Positions 53,531-63,260 of a stretch of DNA of 64,000 nt are shown here, in pieces; position 1 is the first letter of the stretch, and the number at the start of each line of letters is the position of its first letter. The notes below the pieces were generated by a model, which saw only the letters and a program-made list of their open reading frames with translations, was not told where the DNA came from and did not search any database. Source of the stretch: an uncultured Actinomycetes bacterium (GTDB lineage Bacteria; Actinomycetota; Thermoleophilia; UBA2241); NCBI GenBank assembly GCA_963725665.1, contig CAVRZA010000001.1:160001-224000 (forward strand), read 5' to 3'. The translations under genes were made by a program, and so were the position numbers.

Positions 53531-54985
53531 TCACAGGAACCCGCGCAGCTTCTGCGCCGCCAGGTTCGCCAGCCGGAGCTCGATGGGAAACCCGAAGGAG
53601 CGGTTCTTCCAGCGATAGCGTGCGGCCTTGTTCATGACGCCGTAGGCGGCCTTGAACGCGGCGCCGTGCTCGTCGACGCGCGACTGAGGGTAGAACGCGT
53701 ACCTGGTCACGGCCGAGATCGTGCGCAGCTTCTCGACATAGGCCCTGGTATGCCAGGGCGGCTCGAAATGGAACACCTCGATCTCGCCCCACTCCTCCAG
53801 TGACCGCGGCGGCGTGAACTCGGGAGGGAGCGTCTCGAGCAGAGGGCTTGGGAAAGGCGTGTAGAGGAAGATGCCGTAGTGCTGCGTGCGCGGGTTGGTC
53901 TCGCCCATCCGGTCCATCAAGTCGAACGTCTTCTCCATGTCCTCATACGTCTCTCCGGGAAGACCGCTGAGCCACGAGACGAAGGGATCGATCGACGGTG
54001 CCCAGTCGTGCAGCTTTCTCACCGACGTGAGGATCTGCTCCGCCGTGACGTCTTTGCACACGAGCTCCTGCAGGCGCTCGGCGCCGCTCTCGCCGCCGAA
54101 ATCGAGCTCTCTGCAGCCTGCTCGCTCCAGCAGGCTCACGAACTCCTCGTCGTACCGGGCGAGGTAGTCGAAGCGGCAGTTCGCCCGCCAGGCGACTTTG
54201 ACGTCGCGATGCAGGATCTCTTTGCAGATCGCCTCGACGCGCTTGCGATCGACGAAGAAGTTGTCGTCGACAGGGTCGATGATCTTCACGTGCGGGAAGC
54301 GCTCCAGCACGTACGCCATCTCGTCGACGACGCGCTGCGGGCTCTTGCCCCGCCAGCGGCGCTTGTTGAAGCCGGTGTTGTAGCAGAAGCCGCATCTGCT
54401 GGGGCAGCCGCGACTCGTCTGGAGGTGGGCGCGACCGGCCTGCAGGGTCGGGTAGCTCTCCAGCCGCAGCAATTCGTAGGGCAGCTCGATCGGGATGCCG
54501 TCGAGGTCGATTAGGTCGGCGTCGGGAGTGCTCGAGATCGCCCCGTCGTTCTTGAAGGTCACACCGTTCACGTCGTCGAGCGGCTCACCGGCGGCGAGCC
54601 TGTCGGCCAGGGGGCCGACGACAGGCTCGCCCTCACCGCGGACCACGACGTCGACGAGCTCGCTGGCGGCGGTCTGCTCGGGAAGCAGCGTGGGATGCAC
54701 GCCGCCCCAGACGATGGGAACGCGGGGCCGCTCGGCGCGCACCTTCTTCGCGAACTCGCGCCCGTAGCGGATCTGTGGGCCGCTCATACAGGTCACGCCG
54801 ACGAACACGGGATCGCCGAGGTCGAGGCCGCGGGAGTCTTCGAGCCGCATGTCGACGATGCGTACCGCGTAGCCGGCGTGCCGGAGCGCGCTCGCCACGT
54901 AGAGTAGCTGGAGAGGGACCTGCGGGTCCGGGGCTCTGTGTCTGCCCGGGAAGACGAGCAGGACTTCGTTGCGCGGACTTCTCAC
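53531..54985 (-). CDS. B12-binding radical SAM protein (1 of 3)
   Basis: PLQLLYVAS, WGGVHPT, GEGE, SRGCPSRCGFC, DDNF, GGESG. Confidence 0.9.
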   Translation of the reverse strand: MRSPRNEVLLVFPGRHRAPDPQVPLQLLYVASALRHAGYAVRIVDMRLEDSRGLDLGDPVFVGVTCMSGPQIRYGREFAKKVRAERPRVPIVWGGVHPTLLPEQTAASELVDVVVRGEGEPVVGPLADRLAAGEPLDDVNGVTFKNDGAISSTPDADLIDLDGIPIELPYELLRLESYPTLQAGRAHLQTSRGCPSRCGFCYNTGFNKRRWRGKSPQRVVDEMAYVLERFPHVKIIDPVDDNFFVDRKRVEAICKEILHRDVKVAWRANCRFDYLARYDEEFVSLLERAGCRELDFGGESGAERLQELVCKDVTAEQILTSVRKLHDWAPSIDPFVSWLSGLPGETYEDMEKTFDLMDRMGETNPRTQHYGIFLYTPFPSPLLETLPPEFTPPRSLEEWGEIEVFHFEPPWHTRAYVEKLRTISAVTRYAFYPQSRVDEHGAAFKAAYGVMNKAARYRWKNRSFGFPIELRLANLAAQKLRGFL

Positions 54986-55024
54986 GACGAGACGCTCTCC
55001 CGACCGTTCGCTTTCGAGTAGTCT

Positions 55025-56461
55025 ATGACACGTAATCACCGTGTGGACGTCGCGATGTCAGCGACGGGTGTCGAGAGTCGACACTCGGCCGTCTCGAGTC
55101 AAACGGTCCGGCCGGTCGAGGAGAGGAACATCTTGCCCAGGGTAGCCTTGGTGTTTCCCTATTTCCGCACCAGAGCGCCGACCGAGGTGCTGTTCCCTCC
55201 GCTCGGCGTGGCCACTCTCGCCGCCCAGCTGCGCAAGCTCGCGATCGAGACGCGGGTCTTCGACTGCACGTTCGGCACGTTTGAACGCCTCCGCGCCGAC
55301 CTGCTCGGCTACGAGCCCGACATCGTGGGCGTCTCAACGATGGTCAGCCTGACGCGCAACACGCTGCGCGTCGCCGAGATGGTCAGGGAGAGCCTCCCGC
55401 GCAGCCTGCTCGTCGCCGGCGGCCCCCTGCCCACCGTGTTCCCCCGCCGCTACACGGGACGGTTCGACGCGGTCTTTCGCGGAGAGGCCGACGTGAGCTT
55501 CCCCCGCTTCTGCTGGGACTATTTGGGGCAGCGCGCCGAGCGCGGGGCGCTCGGCGCGCTGCCCCTCGACGTCTATGACGGCCTGTTCGTGCCGAATCAT
55601 GGCCTGATGGTCGACAACCCGACCGTGCACCACGGCGAGGGTGAGCTGGAGTCGTTTCCGTTGCCCGACCGCAGCGACTTCGACCACGCCGCCTATCAGG
55701 AGGCGTGGCTGCGGGCGACGGGGTCGAAGGTCACGTCGATCATCGTCACTCTCGGTTGTCCTTTCGGCTGCGACTTCTGCTCGAAGCCCGTCTTCGGCAG
55801 TCTCGTCCGTCGCCGGAGTCTCGACGCCGTCTTCGCCGAGATCGAGCAGCTCCACGACCTCGGCTACGACGGCCTGTGGATCGCCGACGACACCTTCACG
55901 TTGAGTCGGCCCCATCTCGAGGAGTTCTGCCGGCGCATGGTCGAGCGGCAGGCGGTGCACCGGGGGATGAGCTGGAGCTGCCTTTCGCGTGTGGACGGGA
56001 TCGACGCTGCGACGGCGCGCGACATGAAAGAGGCGGGTTGCCGGAGAGTCTATCTCGGCCTCGAGTCGGGCAGCCAGGCGACGCTCGACTTGATGAAGAA
56101 GCAGGTCGCGGTCGAAGAGGGGATCCGGGCGGTCCACCTCTACCGCGAGGCGGGCATCGAGGTCGCCGGCTTCTTCATCGTCGGCTACCCGGGGGAGTCC
56201 GTCTCTTCGATCGAGGAGACCCTCAGGCTCGCGTTGACGCTGCCGCTCGACGAGATCTCGTTCAACGTCCCCTATCCGTTGCCGGGCTCGCGGCTGTTCG
56301 AGCGGCTCGGGAGCCCCGACGAGGGCCGGGACTGGGAAAGCGAGAACGAGGTCACCTTCGTCTATCCCTCGGAGATCGACGAAGCGTGGCTGCGCCGCCG
56401 CATCGAGGAGACCGTGGAGGCTTTCGCGCAGAAGCGGCAGCCGGCGGCGGTCCGCGGTTGA
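55025..56461 (+). CDS. B12-binding radical SAM protein (2 of 3); true start may be TTG at 55133
   Basis: FPPLGVATLAA, AGGPLPT, GEAD, GCPFGCDFC, ADDTF, GLESG, FIVGYPGE. Confidence 0.9.
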   Translation: MTRNHRVDVAMSATGVESRHSAVSSQTVRPVEERNILPRVALVFPYFRTRAPTEVLFPPLGVATLAAQLRKLAIETRVFDCTFGTFERLRADLLGYEPDIVGVSTMVSLTRNTLRVAEMVRESLPRSLLVAGGPLPTVFPRRYTGRFDAVFRGEADVSFPRFCWDYLGQRAERGALGALPLDVYDGLFVPNHGLMVDNPTVHHGEGELESFPLPDRSDFDHAAYQEAWLRATGSKVTSIIVTLGCPFGCDFCSKPVFGSLVRRRSLDAVFAEIEQLHDLGYDGLWIADDTFTLSRPHLEEFCRRMVERQAVHRGMSWSCLSRVDGIDAATARDMKEAGCRRVYLGLESGSQATLDLMKKQVAVEEGIRAVHLYREAGIEVAGFFIVGYPGESVSSIEETLRLALTLPLDEISFNVPYPLPGSRLFERLGSPDEGRDWESENEVTFVYPSEIDEAWLRRRIEETVEAFAQKRQPAAVRG

Positions 56462-56470
56462 TCGCTGCTC

Positions 56471-57859
56471 CTACCGTAGGCGCCTGAGCAGCCTGTCGGT
56501 GGGTCTCTCGAAGGCTCTGAGCACGGCGGGAGCGGCTCTGCCGCAGCGCCGCTTGATCTCGAACTGCGCGCGACCCTTCAGCATCGCGAAGCGCATCTTC
56601 GTCGCCGAGACGTCGGCGTCGAAGGTGAGCGTGTGATCCAGGAGAAGCCCGCCGTGCTGCCGCCAGGCGCGCGTGCGCCGGGGGCCGATCCTGTCGAGGA
56701 GCGGTGTTCCGGGGAGCGGATAGGGCATGGTGAGGCCCAGGTAGTCCAGCGGCAGCGACCCGGCGAAGCGCAGGGTGTCGAGCACGGTGTCGTCGCTGTC
56801 GCCGGGGTAGAAGAGGATGAAGAACGCCCCTACCTGCAGGCCCGCGCGATGGGCCGCCTCGACGGCGCTCCTCGCCTGATCCGTCGTGATCTGCTTCTTC
56901 ATGAGCCTCAGGACCTCATCGTTGCCGGACTCGATCCCGAAGAAGATCCTGAAGCAGCCCGCGTCTCTCATCGCGCGGGCCGTCTCATCGTCGAGCGAGT
57001 CGACGCGGCCGAGGCATTCCCATGAGAAGCGCAGCCGGCGGCGGGTGATCTCGTCGCAGATCGAGATCACCCGCCGCCGGTTCAGCGTGAACACGTCGTC
57101 GGCGAACGAGATGCGGTCGTAGCCGAGAGCGAGGGCCTCCTCGATCTCGTCGACCACGTTCCCCGGCGACCGTTCGCGGTAGGAATCGCCGAAGACGACG
57201 TTGCTGCAGAACTCGCACTCGTACGGGCAGCCGCGCGTGCTCATGAGCGTGGTGATCGCGTAGCTGTCTCTGCGTCTGCCGTGGTCGATGTAGCGCTGGT
57301 TGGGGAGGAGCTCGCGGGCGGGGAAGGGGATGCGGTCGAGGTCGCGCGCGAGCGGGCGCGGGGGGGCGGGCACGCCCGCCGCGTCGGGCGCGGAGGTTCC
57401 CTGCTCGCCGGCGTCGTCTCTCCGCTGGCGGCAGACGACGCCGGGTATCTCTTTCATGTCGCCGCCGCTCGCGAATGCGGCGACGATCTCACGTATCGTC
57501 TCCTCCCCCTCGCCGCGAACGACGACGTCGAAGTGATCCCTGAAGGCCTCGGGGTCGCACGTCGGCAGCGGACCGCCTGCCACCAGCAGCCGGCAGTGGC
57601 CGCGCAGGCGGTCGGCGAACCAGAGGCAGTCGTCCAGTAGCGTGACCATGCAGGAGATGCCGACGATCTCCGCCCGCGCCGTCAGGGCCTCGGCAAGGGC
57701 CTCGTCCCTGCGCATGAACGTGCAGTCGAGCACCTGCACGGTGTGCCCGGCCTCCTTGAGGCTCGCCGCGAGGTAGGCCACGCCGAGCGGGGGGAACCGG
57801 AACCGTGAGCGGTCTCGCCGCGGGCGAAAGAACGGGTAGATGAGCAGGACGGAGGTCAT
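56471..57859 (-). CDS. B12-binding radical SAM protein (3 of 3)
   Basis: FPPLGVAYLAA, AGGPLPT, GEGE, RGCPYECEFC, ADDVF, GIESG. Confidence 0.9.
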   Translation of the reverse strand: MTSVLLIYPFFRPRRDRSRFRFPPLGVAYLAASLKEAGHTVQVLDCTFMRRDEALAEALTARAEIVGISCMVTLLDDCLWFADRLRGHCRLLVAGGPLPTCDPEAFRDHFDVVVRGEGEETIREIVAAFASGGDMKEIPGVVCRQRRDDAGEQGTSAPDAAGVPAPPRPLARDLDRIPFPARELLPNQRYIDHGRRRDSYAITTLMSTRGCPYECEFCSNVVFGDSYRERSPGNVVDEIEEALALGYDRISFADDVFTLNRRRVISICDEITRRRLRFSWECLGRVDSLDDETARAMRDAGCFRIFFGIESGNDEVLRLMKKQITTDQARSAVEAAHRAGLQVGAFFILFYPGDSDDTVLDTLRFAGSLPLDYLGLTMPYPLPGTPLLDRIGPRRTRAWRQHGGLLLDHTLTFDADVSATKMRFAMLKGRAQFEIKRRCGRAAPAVLRAFERPTDRLLRRLR

Positions 57860-57923
57860 CGGCTCGCTGCGGTCATCGGGCCCGCGCGAAGACCATCCCT
57901 CTCGTTCATGCGCATCCCCTCGT

Positions 57924-58760
57924 TCATCCCGTCCTCTCGATCCGCATGTCGTAGCCGAACCGCTCTAGGGTCGGCGCGAAGGAGTAGCCGAAGCCCGACC
58001 ACGCCACGCGAGAGCCGATGAGCTCTCTACCCCGGTCGAGTCGCGCGCCGTCGACCTGCCCGAGCGAGAAGGCGACGCCGCGTGTGGCGCTGACGAACGA
58101 AGCCCGCGCGGCCGTGACCTGGTTCCAGGTGCCGATCTCGTCACCTTGAAGCGCGACTCCGTCGGCATCCTCGTAGCGGTCGAAGTGCCGCGCCCCCTGC
58201 TCGTTCATCACGATCACCTCGGTGACGCCGTGGAGGGGCGCGTCGGGTGGCCGAAGCGAGACGCCGACGCGCCTCTCGTCGGCATGCACGACGTAGACCA
58301 TCGTCAGCGTAGCGACCCTCTCGGCCTCCTCGAAGGTCGTCGCCCAGCCGAACGTGCGGCGCAGGGCGTTGGACGTCGCGGTCAGCGGGCCCCGCAGCAC
58401 CGGCGAGCGGCGGTGCAGCGCCGCTAGAGCGTTCTTGGCCGCGTAGAGCGACCGGGGACTCAAGGGTGTGCCGCCGGGCCCGGCCAGACGTTCGACGAGG
58501 TTCATGTCGAAGGCGGCCGTCACGACGCGGTCTCCGTCCACGAGTTGTGAGGTCAGTTCGACCGCTCCCGGAAAGATCGTCTGGATGCCACGCTTGAGGA
58601 CGGGGACGCCGAACCCGACGCCCTCTTCCGCCAGCTCCTCTGCCCGGTCGAGCAGCAGGAGCCCCTTCTGCAGTCGTCGCGTCGGGTAGCCCCCGCCTCC
58701 ACCAGATCGGTCGCCGATCGTCAGCGCGAGGCCGTCGCGCAGAGGGATGTTCAGCTCCAC
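57924..58760 (-). CDS. Hypothetical protein
   Basis: Genome-typical codon use from GTG 58760 (RBS gaggag); overlaps the upstream GT gene end; no motif recognised. Confidence 0.65.
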   Translation of the reverse strand: MELNIPLRDGLALTIGDRSGGGGGYPTRRLQKGLLLLDRAEELAEEGVGFGVPVLKRGIQTIFPGAVELTSQLVDGDRVVTAAFDMNLVERLAGPGGTPLSPRSLYAAKNALAALHRRSPVLRGPLTATSNALRRTFGWATTFEEAERVATLTMVYVVHADERRVGVSLRPPDAPLHGVTEVIVMNEQGARHFDRYEDADGVALQGDEIGTWNQVTAARASFVSATRGVAFSLGQVDGARLDRGRELIGSRVAWSGFGYSFAPTLERFGYDMRIERTG

Positions 58761-60187
58761 CGCATTGTCTCCTCGCGCGCATCCCCCGCTGGAACCGGAT
58801 GCTCGACGGCTCGGGGCGTCCATCTCCTCAGGCAGGTGAAGACGATCCACCACCCGACGACCTGCCAGGCGACTACGACAGCCGCCTTGGCAAGCAGGAG
58901 GCCGTGGCTGTGGCGCACGGCGAACGGCAGCGTCTGCTGCATGACATCGGGAAACGCGACCCACAGGAGGTGCAGTGGTGAGGTGTTGAAGAGGGTGAAC
59001 ACGAGAGGCAGCACCCAGAGGGCGGTCAGGGCGCGACGGTCGAGGGCGCCCATCGAGGTCAGTATGACGGCCATTGGCAGCACCAGGACGACGTTCGTCT
59101 CGGCGAGCCAGGTCCGCGTGAGAAAGACGATCAGGGTGAACGCAAGGCTCATTCTCAGCAGGTCCTCGAGGCCGCCGTCGCCGCGCTTGAGCGCCAGGAT
59201 GCCCAACGCCAGGGCGGCGATCCAGACGAGGCCCAGGAGCCACCATCTGCCCTGCATGAGGAGCGGGTCGCGGAAGACCCTGATGACCGTCGTGTACGAC
59301 ATCGCCCCGCGCAGGACGAAGTGGGCGTTGAGATCCTGCGAGAACGGGGCCCGGCTCCATCCGAAGACGAAGAACGGGGCCACGTAGAACGCGAACACCC
59401 CGCCGATGAACAGCGCCGAGTAGCGGATCGCGCTGCGCCAGGATACGCCGACGAGACGGATGAGCGCGGCGGGCAGAAGCGATAGAGCGGTAGGCTTGAA
59501 GCATACGGCCAGGGCCAGCACGAGGGCCGAGCCGTCTCGTCGCCGCGCTGAGAGAAGAGCGAGAGCCGCAAGGGAGAACAGCGCGACGACGGCGTCGATC
59601 TGACCCCAGGCGGCGCCGAAGTAGAGAAGGCACGGGTTCAAGAGCATGAGCGTCCACGCCTTGCGTGACGCCGCGCGTGGGGCGCCGAGGTTCTCGAGGA
59701 TCGCCCCGACCAGGTAGGCGAGGCCGATGGTGGCCGCGATCACGGGGATCTTGATGGCGAGGTTGTAGACGAGGAGGTTGTGGGCGAGCGCGTAGGAGCC
59801 CCGATACACGAGGCCCAAGGCCAGCGGCCATGGGGGTGGGTACCCCACCGCCGACGGCACGTCGAAGAACATGTGGTGGAACACCCGGTTGAGGTTGTGG
59901 GCCACGTACGGGTCGTGTCCGGTGCCGACCAGGTAGCCCGTGGCCATGAAGACGCGCGTGTCGGTGGAGTGCCCGAAGAAGACCCCGAGCGCGAGCTGTA
60001 GCGCGATGCTGAGGATGAGGATCCGGCGGTCGGGCGTCGCGAAGCGCTTCCAGCCGCCGGCGCCAGCGTGAACGACGGGCGCGACGGCCGCCCCATCCGC
60101 GGCGGCTGCTTGAGGCCTGGTCTGCCCCTGGGTGCCCACCGTCACATCCCCGAGGCTGGACCAGGACAGCCCATCATCCCGCGACAC
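58751..60187 (-). CDS. GT-C superfamily polytopic glycosyltransferase (GT87/DUF2029/PIG-M-like)
   Basis: GH..D, YPPPWPL, IKIP, LLNP...AWGQIDA, AVCFKP; many TM helices. Confidence 0.72.
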   Translation of the reverse strand: MSRDDGLSWSSLGDVTVGTQGQTRPQAAAADGAAVAPVVHAGAGGWKRFATPDRRILILSIALQLALGVFFGHSTDTRVFMATGYLVGTGHDPYVAHNLNRVFHHMFFDVPSAVGYPPPWPLALGLVYRGSYALAHNLLVYNLAIKIPVIAATIGLAYLVGAILENLGAPRAASRKAWTLMLLNPCLLYFGAAWGQIDAVVALFSLAALALLSARRRDGSALVLALAVCFKPTALSLLPAALIRLVGVSWRSAIRYSALFIGGVFAFYVAPFFVFGWSRAPFSQDLNAHFVLRGAMSYTTVIRVFRDPLLMQGRWWLLGLVWIAALALGILALKRGDGGLEDLLRMSLAFTLIVFLTRTWLAETNVVLVLPMAVILTSMGALDRRALTALWVLPLVFTLFNTSPLHLLWVAFPDVMQQTLPFAVRHSHGLLLAKAAVVVAWQVVGWWIVFTCLRRWTPRAVEHPVPAGDAREETMRWS

Positions 60188-60200
60188 ATGCTCGCGCTGA

Positions 60201-60677
60201 CTAGGTACGCACGTAGACGACGAAGTAGACGGCCACGCCCAGGGCTGTGCCGAGCATGTAGAGCAGATAGGCGAGGCGCATGAAGGTCTTGTACCGGGTC
60301 AGGCTTTGACCCTTCGCCTCGAGCTGGTTGGCGCGGATCACGATGAACACTCCCAGCGCGACGCCGATCGCCCCGACGACGGCGTGGATCGTCGTGAGGG
60401 CGTACGTCTCCTTGCCCAGAGCGGCGGGGATCTCGGGGAGCACGTAGAGGACGAAGAACCTGATCATCCAGACGACCACGGGGATGAGGTTCAGACACAC
60501 GGCCGCCGTCTGTACCCAGCGATGCGCGCCATAGCGGCGGGCGACAGCGAGGCGCCAGCCGACCGTGAGCGCCGCCGCCGCCACCAGCGTGATGACGAGC
60601 GACAGGTCGGAGCCCAGGGTGCCGTGCGCCCCCAGAAACCCGGAACCTTCCAGGAATGCGATCATCGATGCCCCCAT
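60201..60677 (-). CDS. DUF420-like membrane protein
   Basis: Four TM helices with conserved His (AHRWVQ, TIHAVVG). Confidence 0.65.
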   Translation of the reverse strand: MGASMIAFLEGSGFLGAHGTLGSDLSLVITLVAAAALTVGWRLAVARRYGAHRWVQTAAVCLNLIPVVVWMIRFFVLYVLPEIPAALGKETYALTTIHAVVGAIGVALGVFIVIRANQLEAKGQSLTRYKTFMRLAYLLYMLGTALGVAVYFVVYVRT

Positions 60678-60843
60678 TCACTGCGCTGTTGGGTTGCCGA
60701 CGCCCGCCTCTGCACTACGCGCGTGCGGCGAGCCTAGCTGGACCGTCCGGTCCAAGCAATGTCATGGGGACCACCCGATGGGACTGTCCCGGTCGGTAGA
60801 ATGACTGGACACACCTCACTTCGTGACACCAAGGGAGTCGGAC

Positions 60844-61830
60844 ATGGTCGCTCGCAGGTTGGGACGCACGGAGATCGAGGTCTCGCCCATCGGCCTCGGC
60901 TGCTGGCAGTTCTCGCAGGGCAAGGGCTTCACGGGGGCCATGTGGTCGGTCCTCGACCAGGCGACCATGGACTCGATCGTGGGGGCGGCGATCCAGGGAG
61001 GCGTCACCTGGTTCGACACGGCGCAGGCATACGGGAACGGACGGTCGGAGCGCGCCCTGGGCACGGCGCTCCATGATCTGGGTGTGCGGCCGGGGGAGGT
61101 CGTGATCGCCACCAAGTGGCTGCCGATCCTCAAGACTGCAGCCAACATCACGCGCACCATCGACACGAGACTCAGTTGCCTGGGCGGGTACCCCATCGAC
61201 CTCTTTCAGATCCACATCCCATGGAGCATCTCGTCGATCGGGGCGCAGATCGGAGAGATGGCGAAGCTGGCGCGTGCCGGCAAGATCCGCGCCTTCGGTG
61301 TGAGCAACTTCTCGGTCGCCCAGATGACGAAGGCGAGCGCGGCTGCGGCGGCGGAGGGCATGACGCTCGCCTCGAACCAGGTGCCCATCAGCGCCCTGGA
61401 CAGGCGGATCGAACGGAACGGAGTGCTCGACATGGCGAGGAGGTCGGGGGTGACGCTCATCGCCTACTCGCCGCTGGCTCAAGGACTCCTCACGGGGAAG
61501 TTCCACGAGGATCCGCGGCTCGTGAGCTTCCTTCCGACTGGGCGCAGATCGCGCCTGAGCCCGGCGAGCCGAGCGTTCACGACAGAGAACCTTCGTCGCA
61601 CGGCGCCGCTGATCGAGGCGCTGCGTGCCATCGCGGCGTCGCATGGCGTCACTCCTTCTCAGGTGGCCCTGTCCTGGCTGATCCGCTTCTACGGGGATAC
61701 TGTCGTGGCTATCCCCGGCGCGTCGCGACCGAACCACGCCAGCGAGAGCGCGGCCGCAATGGATCTCGAGCTCACTGAGAACGAGATGGCGCGCATCGAC
61801 GAGGTCTCGGCGCGCGTGGCCAGGTTCTAG
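60844..61830 (+). CDS. Aldo/keto reductase
   Basis: IGLGCWQ, FDTAQAYG, IATK, IDLFQIH, GVSNF, AYSPLAQGLLTGK, IPGA. Confidence 0.93.
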   Translation: MVARRLGRTEIEVSPIGLGCWQFSQGKGFTGAMWSVLDQATMDSIVGAAIQGGVTWFDTAQAYGNGRSERALGTALHDLGVRPGEVVIATKWLPILKTAANITRTIDTRLSCLGGYPIDLFQIHIPWSISSIGAQIGEMAKLARAGKIRAFGVSNFSVAQMTKASAAAAAEGMTLASNQVPISALDRRIERNGVLDMARRSGVTLIAYSPLAQGLLTGKFHEDPRLVSFLPTGRRSRLSPASRAFTTENLRRTAPLIEALRAIAASHGVTPSQVALSWLIRFYGDTVVAIPGASRPNHASESAAAMDLELTENEMARIDEVSARVARF

Positions 61831-61832
61831 TC

Positions 61833-61873
61833 GGTCGCGGCGGGCGGCGCTCAAGGCGCCGCCCGCCGCGACC
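61833..61873 (+). terminator. 18-bp perfect stem-loop after the aldo/keto reductase
   Basis: ggtcgcggcgggcggcgc-tcaag-gcgccgcccgccgcgacc. Confidence 0.65.
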
Positions 61874-61967
61874 CCAGCGACACGCCGCCGACGTGCGGGG
61901 CCGACGCCCCGCGTGACCCTGTATGCTGCGCACGACCTATCGGGGCCACGGGCTGGAGGGTGAGGAC

Positions 61968-62483
61968 ATGAAGGCCGTCGTCGTCTACGAGTCCCTGTGG
62001 GGGAACACCGCGGCCGTCGCGCGCGCCATCGCGCAGGGCCTCGGGCCCGACGCGAGGGCGCTCAACACGGCCGAGGCCGACGATGCCGCCCTTGCCGGCG
62101 TCGATCTCATCGTCGCCGGCGCGCCAGTGTTTGGCTTCAAGCTCTCGTCGGAGAAGATGCGCGCCGCGATCCGGGCCAACCCGGGCAAGGCGCCGGCCCC
62201 ACCCGACCTGTCGCACCCGCCGCTGCGAGCGTGGCTCGACGCCTTGCCCGCCGGGCGCGGCCGTTCTGCTGCCTTCGACACACAGGTGCGCGGCCCGTTC
62301 GGGAGCGGCGCGCCGGAGATCGCCCAGGCGCTCGAGCGAGCCGGCTACCGCACGCTGGCCGAGCCGGTCGGCTTCGTGCTGAAGGGCAGGTACGGGCCGC
62401 TGCGCAAGGGCGAGCTCGAGCGCGCGCGGCAGTGGGGGGCGGACCTGAGGGCGGCGATGGAGCGTGCGCCGACCGAAGGCTAG
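61968..62483 (+). CDS. Flavodoxin-like protein
   Basis: VVYESLWGNT, LIVAGAP, AAFDT, GPL..GELERA..W. Confidence 0.88.
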   Translation: MKAVVVYESLWGNTAAVARAIAQGLGPDARALNTAEADDAALAGVDLIVAGAPVFGFKLSSEKMRAAIRANPGKAPAPPDLSHPPLRAWLDALPAGRGRSAAFDTQVRGPFGSGAPEIAQALERAGYRTLAEPVGFVLKGRYGPLRKGELERARQWGADLRAAMERAPTEG

Positions 62484-62589
62484 GCGCTGGCTCCAAGCCT
62501 TGCAGGCGCGAGCTCGGTCACCGGGTGGAGAAGACAAGCGCGCGCCCTGTGGGCTCGTCAGGAGGCTCGGGACGGCGCGTCTCTCGCGA

Positions 62590-63067
62590 TCAGACTGGTG
62601 CAGCCACCGGCGCGACCACTGTGGTCTCGGCCAGCAGCTTCAGGTTCTCGAGGCTGTCCTCGAAGTCCCGGCGGGTGCGCTTCTCGACGAAGCAGGCGGT
62701 CGGCCACCTTGCCGAGCACGCTTCCGGGAAGCGCGTAGTCGAACTCCGTCGTGATCTCCGTGCCCTCGTCGCGCGGCTCGTGATGGCAGGTCAGCCAGCC
62801 CCAGGTCGCTCCTTCGAACTGCCAGCGCCAGTCGGTGCTGCCGTCCGGGTTGTGCCGCTCCTCGACCGTGCGGTCGATGACGCGCAGCCGCACGCCCATC
62901 ATCAACTGAGTGAACTCCGCCTTCGTCCCCGGCCCTCCGTCGCCGAACACCCTCACGGGGTCGCTCATTCCCACCCAGAACTCGGACCAGCGGTGGGGGT
63001 CCCTCACGATGGTGTCGATGGCGTCGACGGGCGCGTGGATAAGGAGGGTGTGCTTGAGATGAGCCAT
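62590..63067 (-). CDS. SRPBCC-domain protein (1-nt frameshift near 62692)
   Basis: IHAPVD, YALPGSVLGKVADRL, then in the shifted frame FVEKRTRRDFEDSLENLKLLAE. Confidence 0.8.
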
Positions 63068-63260
63068 GAGCACCTCCTCTCGTGGCCGTTCCCTTGCAGG
63101 GTGCGCCGCCGCTCCCGAGCCTCCTGCACCCAACCTACTCCTCTCAGACTAGTAGTCAACGTTGGGGCGCCGACGCGGTCACGCCAAGGCTCCCTGCGCA
63201 GCGCCGCTCCGGCGCTCAGGCGGCGAGGGGTGGAGCCGGCCTGCGCATTCCTGAGCCGCT

